From NCBI GenBank assembly GCA_946965045.2, contig OX337228.1:5890001-5954000 (forward strand): a stretch of DNA of 64,000 nucleotides, read 5' to 3'. Position 1 is the stretch's first letter. Each line of letters begins with the position of its first letter. The stretch is from Epithemia pelagica (lineage: Eukaryota > Protista > Bacillariophyta). This document shows, one piece after another, positions 58,965 through 64,000 of this stretch. The notes below the pieces were generated by a model, which was not told the DNA's origin, searched no databases, and was given only the letters and a program-made list of their open reading frames with translations. A program made the translations under genes and the position numbers.

Positions 58965-60074
58965 ATGAGATTGCGTTTGTTGGGAGTAGTGGCTTTGCAG
59001 TTCTGCCTTTGGGTCAGGCTCATGGCGATTTGCCCCTTGTGGAGCTTTGCAGATGCGTTCGTCCACATTCGCATATCCTCGCGCAAGACAACCCGATTCG
59101 GGGACCCTACCGTGTGGAGAAGAGACGGCACATCTCGGTCGGACATGTCGTCCGTATCGGCTCTTGATTCCAGCAGCAGCACAGACGATCCTTCCAAAAA
59201 CTCATCCTTCAAGGATAATGATGACGACGGCAAGCTTCGATCGAATCGGCCCTTTGCCGAACCCATGCCGGCCAATCTACGACGCAAGATTGAAGCCCGA
59301 CGTCCAACCTTGGGCCATGTCGTACCGAAACAGGCCCGAAAGGTCACGGCCGGAGGATCCAAAAACCCTCGTTTACAGGCACAGGGAAAAGCTCCTGGAT
59401 TGAGCAATCCCAGCATGCTCAAGATTAGTGCCGGGTCGGCCAAGGGTCGTCGTCTCGATTCTCCCTCGGTGTACTTACGTCCCATGATGGGCAAAGTGCG
59501 GGAAGCTGTCTTTTCCACCTTTATTAGCTTTGGTCTCTACGATTCCTCCCTTGCCGTGCGACATTTGGATATCTTTGCCGGAAGTGGTTCGGTCGGACTG
59601 GAGTCACTGAGCCGAGGGGCCACTCATTGTACCTTTGTGGATTTGTCCTCCGACTGTTGTGATTGCATTCAACGGAATTTGGCCTTGTGTAACTTTGATA
59701 AGGAGAAATCCAATGTCGTGTGTCAAGACGCCTTGCAAGTCTTGAGAGATCCGTTCCAGACGACGTCCATTCCAGTCGGCCAAACCTTTCAAATTGTCAC
59801 GCTGTGTCCACCCTACGAAGAAGTGGTCTATGCCGATCTCTTGGAAGGCGTGGCCAATTGTCCCTGTGTGACCGAGGATACAGTCGTGCTGATGGAATAT
59901 CCGGTGGAATTGGGCAGTCTTCCTCATGTGGTGCCTCGCAGTGATGGAGGAGCCATGGTCGGTGTCCGGAATCGACGATACGGCCGTACCGTCATTGCCA
60001 TGTATGTGGTAAATCCGACTGGAAAACTGGACGCGGCCGAATCACGTCCCGAAGAGTTTGTCTCTCTACGCTAG
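58965..60074 (+). CDS. RsmD-like (16S rRNA m2G966) methyltransferase, probably plastid-targeted
   Basis: KISAGSAKGRRL, LRPMMGKVREAVFS, LDIFAGSGSVGLESLSRGA, LCPPY and RRYGRT; signal peptide ending ADA-F. Confidence 0.85.
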   Translation: MRLRLLGVVALQFCLWVRLMAICPLWSFADAFVHIRISSRKTTRFGDPTVWRRDGTSRSDMSSVSALDSSSSTDDPSKNSSFKDNDDDGKLRSNRPFAEPMPANLRRKIEARRPTLGHVVPKQARKVTAGGSKNPRLQAQGKAPGLSNPSMLKISAGSAKGRRLDSPSVYLRPMMGKVREAVFSTFISFGLYDSSLAVRHLDIFAGSGSVGLESLSRGATHCTFVDLSSDCCDCIQRNLALCNFDKEKSNVVCQDALQVLRDPFQTTSIPVGQTFQIVTLCPPYEEVVYADLLEGVANCPCVTEDTVVLMEYPVELGSLPHVVPRSDGGAMVGVRNRRYGRTVIAMYVVNPTGKLDAAESRPEEFVSLR

Positions 60075-60626
60075 TAGAGAACAAATCGAACAGTCTAGAG
60101 GTAGTAGAGTGCAAAAGAAGAAAGTGGGGTTCAAGAAAAGGAGGCGGATGGTCCATCGGAGGAACAATCCAATGGTGAACGAGGCCACCAAAGATGGCGA
60201 CAAAATCTCTCTCTCTGCGCAGAAAAAGAAGGACTTGATTCGAGAGGGGCGTCAAGAGAAACTTGTGGTCGGTAACTCCAAGCCTTGACAACACACAACA
60301 CACGACGGCTTCTCTCAAAGCATCCTCCATGGAGACTAGCTAGGAGGAGTGGGCCTTCAATTCCAGGTGTTGGTTTGGTTGTGGTCCATTCTCTTTTGGA
60401 GGAGTCGCCGTATCTCAAAGAGACACAAAGACATAACCCTAAGGTTTGGTCCCGGGAGTCAACTTCTATTACTCCCCAGAAGAACAAAGAGTCATCTGTA
60501 GATCACGAATCTTCTTTTTAGTTTTGAGGAGGTAAACTCTTAGCTACATATACGTATATAACCGCTTAGGTGTAAACATGTTTCATTCGTCAGAGCCATC
60601 CAGAGATCCAAAGAGAAAAAAGGATA

Positions 60627-60817
60627 CGACGAGAGACGCCATTGATCTCCATCACGGAATATTTGACACATTCATCGGCATCGTTCGACCTGGTTGTGTT
60701 GCGTTTGGTGATAGACGACGAGCGACGAGAGACGCCATTGATCTCCATCACAAACCAAAACACAAACTAGTTGACACATTCATCGGCATCGTTCGATCTG
60801 GTTGTGTTGCGTTTGGT
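60627..60817. repeat. Imperfect tandem duplication of an ~83-95 bp unit
   Basis: 29-mer CGACGAGAGACGCCATTGATCTCCATCAC at 60627 and 60723. 47-mer TTGACACATTCATCGGC...GCGTTTGGT at 60663 and 60771 (1 mismatch). Confidence 0.9.
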
Positions 60818-60881
60818 TTGGAATACACACAAAAGGACAAATCGCACAAGTGACCCTCTCGGCACATGACAGGAGACAGGA

Positions 60882-63467
60882 ATGGCAGGTACTGCCAGTA
60901 ACCCCTCTCTTGGATGGCTCACTCTTTCGTGGTCGCCGCATCCACCGTCACATTCGAATCGTCGACCACATGAATGCCAACGAAGAAAACAACAACGACA
61001 GTCGATGCCACTTCGTATCGGTTCCATTCAAATCCTATTCGTAATGCTCATGGTTCACAGTATGGTCCTTGTGTTATCGCCATCACGGTTGGACCGGTTC
61101 TTTTGGAGGGCATGGGGATTCCAACCACGGGTGATTCAATCGACGACACGTGTTTCGGAACAATCCTCGAAGTTCCGGTCCTCCTTGTCACGGTCCCATC
61201 CGTCTCATTATTATTATCATCATCATCACCAACGACAACGACCATCCCACTGGTTCCAGTCGTTGGACGATTCCTCCCTGGCATCGTCCAGCCAGCCGCA
61301 AAATACTTCTACTACTACAAGGACAACAAACAGTCCTACACTCCAACAACATGACGACCATCCAAAGGACATTGCCTTGAACTCGTTGGTCTTGGGACCC
61401 TTGTATCCCATTCGCTTGCCGGGTCAAGAGGACGAACCTCAATCCTTTGTTCAAGCCATGGGCGTTCCCACCTATGCGGCGGCTACTCGTCAAGACTACA
61501 AGAACACGGTCACCCTTCCCTTGGTCTCCCCCACAACAACAACTCGAAAGTCTCGTGGTTTGGAGGGTGTCTTGGGAGACGACCATGGACCGGCTTTGGT
61601 GGTGGATAACATCTTGTCCGAACCTGCCTGTCGTCAACTGGTCCACGAGTTGGAAACGCATCGTTCCACTGTCATGGGACGCTACCAAACGACCAAAAAC
61701 AAGCATGGTGCCCTTCAAGTGGTGGTGCCGCAAAGTATCGCGGATGCTGTGGCCCAAGCCTTGGCACCCTTTCTCAACGTGCAGGCCGTCCAAGATCGAC
61801 GGACCGAATTTGTCCGTGCCAGCTTACTGGACCAGAATACTAGTGCAGTGCTGGACAATGAGGACGACGACGACGACGTTCGCTTGGGCTTTGTGGGACT
61901 GAACCGACGATGGCGCATTTATCGTTACGAACCGGGTGGACAGGAATCCTTTGCACCACACATTGATGCAGGATTTCCACCGTCGGGTCTTTCTAAAGAT
62001 GGCACAGAACTGGTGTGGGACACCAACCAAGACGACAAATCCTCCGAAATTGTCTCGCGCTTGACCATTCTCATGTATTTGAATGACGACTTTGTTGGAG
62101 GAGAAACGAAATTTTATCAACCACGACGATATCCAAGACAGACCTTTGTCAGTTCCGGAGAAAGCAACAACCACAACGATTACGACGATTATACGGTGAT
62201 TGCATCGGTTCGACCCAAAACGGGGTCCGTCTTGATCTTTCCACAAGCTGTAGGCGAAGCCGCAGTGGATTACGCACGGCAACAGTGGCCCTTGCACGAA
62301 GGATCTCCCGTCTTGTCTGGACCCAGTCCCAAGTATGTCATTCGATCCGATGCCTTGTTTGTCACGCAACGACACGAAACATTGGACAAAACGGATCCCG
62401 ACTTTCCATTGTTTCAATACGATGCCGTTGTACGAAACACCTTTTTGCCGCCACCATCCAATCAAATGATTTGGAATGTACCATGGCTCAGTCATGTCCG
62501 AGACTTGTACAATCCACACATGGGAGTTGAACACGTAGGTCCCTTGTTGTACAGTCTGATTCGTATGGCCAAAAAACGACAAGTGTTGGAAATTGGGGCC
62601 GGCTACACAACTCTGTGGATTTTGCAAGCCTTGGCCGACAATGACGAGGAATGGCGTCGGATCCACGCCTTACAGCAACAAGGCCAGTGCCGATTGTTGG
62701 ATTACGAATGGACTGTGCCGTCCATTGTCAATCAGTATTTCGATTCGGCCGACGTGCCCGCAGATATACGAGCGGACGATGATGAACTAGATGCTGACAC
62801 CAAGAATCCTCGGATGGGAAACCCGGCCAACGTTGACGCAGCGGTAGTGGCACCGCAACCCGCACGATTGTGGTGCATTGACAACTGTTTACATCAAAAA
62901 GAAACAGCCACAGGTGCGCAAGCTGTTGCAAAGGCCTTGGGATTGGAATCCTATTTGGAATTTCGAGCGGGCAATGCCTTTGACCTACGGACCCGGGCGG
63001 TGCCGGAACAATGGCTTGACGATGCAAAAGAACGGAATGAGCACCAGGACGACCACACGACGGTGTGGTTGGAACCGAATTCTCTCGATGTAGTGTGGTG
63101 TGATTTTGGGGTGGGTACTCGATTGGCCGAATTTGTCTCGTACACGTGGCCCAGTCTTCGACCAGGTGGATGGTTGCTTTGTCATTCCACCTTGACCAAT
63201 ACCAATACGCGATCTTGGCTCGAAATTATTCGACAAGGAAAGCAACGACAATCGCAAAACAAGGATCTTGACAACGAGACATTTTACAATTTAACGGGGA
63301 TTCCCTCTCCTGACGATTATGTTGAATTGTCCTTGTTGGAACCCCACAAGCGTTTCCAAAACAGTTTGACCTTATTGCAGAAACGACGCGGCACAATGAC
63401 AAATGCCACTAACTCGTCATCGTCGTCGTTTGCCTATGCGGAACCCATTTATTCTCAGTATGCCTAG
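60882..63467 (+). CDS. Fusion of a 2OG-Fe(II) oxygenase (P4H-like) and a class I SAM-dependent methyltransferase
   Basis: FAPHIDAG (HxD), LTILMYLNDDFVGGETKF, LHEGSPV and KYVIRSD; then GPLLYSL, VLEIGAGYTT, DVVWCDFG and LRPGGWLLCH. True start may be a downstream ATG. Confidence 0.8.
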   Translation: MAGTASNPSLGWLTLSWSPHPPSHSNRRPHECQRRKQQRQSMPLRIGSIQILFVMLMVHSMVLVLSPSRLDRFFWRAWGFQPRVIQSTTRVSEQSSKFRSSLSRSHPSHYYYHHHHQRQRPSHWFQSLDDSSLASSSQPQNTSTTTRTTNSPTLQQHDDHPKDIALNSLVLGPLYPIRLPGQEDEPQSFVQAMGVPTYAAATRQDYKNTVTLPLVSPTTTTRKSRGLEGVLGDDHGPALVVDNILSEPACRQLVHELETHRSTVMGRYQTTKNKHGALQVVVPQSIADAVAQALAPFLNVQAVQDRRTEFVRASLLDQNTSAVLDNEDDDDDVRLGFVGLNRRWRIYRYEPGGQESFAPHIDAGFPPSGLSKDGTELVWDTNQDDKSSEIVSRLTILMYLNDDFVGGETKFYQPRRYPRQTFVSSGESNNHNDYDDYTVIASVRPKTGSVLIFPQAVGEAAVDYARQQWPLHEGSPVLSGPSPKYVIRSDALFVTQRHETLDKTDPDFPLFQYDAVVRNTFLPPPSNQMIWNVPWLSHVRDLYNPHMGVEHVGPLLYSLIRMAKKRQVLEIGAGYTTLWILQALADNDEEWRRIHALQQQGQCRLLDYEWTVPSIVNQYFDSADVPADIRADDDELDADTKNPRMGNPANVDAAVVAPQPARLWCIDNCLHQKETATGAQAVAKALGLESYLEFRAGNAFDLRTRAVPEQWLDDAKERNEHQDDHTTVWLEPNSLDVVWCDFGVGTRLAEFVSYTWPSLRPGGWLLCHSTLTNTNTRSWLEIIRQGKQRQSQNKDLDNETFYNLTGIPSPDDYVELSLLEPHKRFQNSLTLLQKRRGTMTNATNSSSSSFAYAEPIYSQYA

Positions 63468-64000
63468 TGGCAGAAACAACAAGCAACGGAACTGAAGTCC
63501 AAATCCTATGCGACACATCCCTCGCAACGGTGTGGACTCGTTCAATGACCAGGATTCTTGTGGAATGAAAAGCAGATGAGTTTGGTCTATGTCGTTCGAT
63601 GGAATAGATCCATCATGATCATCACCTTGTCAAGTTGTGCACAGGTGGATTCCCCAAATGGCATACCGGCCAGGACATCTTCGGAACCAAGGCCTCATGG
63701 TAGGTAGATGTGTTTCCAAAAGGCCTGCACTAGGAGGAGAAATTCTAAAACATATTCTACCTTGGTAGGAGTAGGTAGCTATTCGCTTAGGAGTAGCATG
63801 AAGGAGATCGGGTTTTCATGTGAAGTGCGACTGCTGCAAGCGTCAGGGAACCAGAACACAAAATTTTGTTCTGCGCTGCCGCACCCCCTCCGCATTCGTT
63901 CCCCCGTATTCTGCATTTGAGACTGCGCGATGTCAAGGGATCATGAGAATCGTCTTGTCTCGCGCGTCTGGCGCCATTCTATTTATGTTCTTTACATCGC

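Overview
Gene-dense eukaryotic DNA from a diatom, probably a pennate. Evidence: an Lhcf fucoxanthin-chlorophyll gene with an AFAP presequence, several signal-peptide+Phe plastid presequences, and short 63-113 nt GT-AG introns. About 32 host genes can be modelled: malic enzyme, ATG10, HTATSF1, TMTC, PAPS transporter, Lhcf, ADAT3, Beclin/ATG6, a RAD51 paralog, an F-box protein, OCRL, ECO1, HSF, MSH5, TOP2, ATCase, PNO1, RPL13A, P5CR, HisG, a MYND protein, Ycf49-like, RsmD-like, a 2OG-oxygenase/methyltransferase fusion and hypotheticals. There are two accessory regions. (1) 21.6-25.0 kb holds three adjacent non-coding inverted-repeat elements: a ~430 bp foldback, a 1.8 kb element with Stowaway/mariner-like ends, and a 545 bp MITE with an internal hairpin. 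(2) 49.6-54.6 kb holds an 18/19-bp minisatellite next to a complete 4,646 bp piggyBac-type transposon (TTAA TSDs, 12-bp TIRs, asymmetric internal IRs, intact 1,095-aa DDD transposase). The strongest novelty candidate is a second, convergent ORF inside this piggyBac whose C-terminal motif matches the P2X7 cytoplasmic 'ballast' domain pattern. The one unusually long intron (PNO1, 228 nt) contains a well-formed box C/D snoRNA candidate with an 18S guide. All calls were made by eye; no database searches were run.
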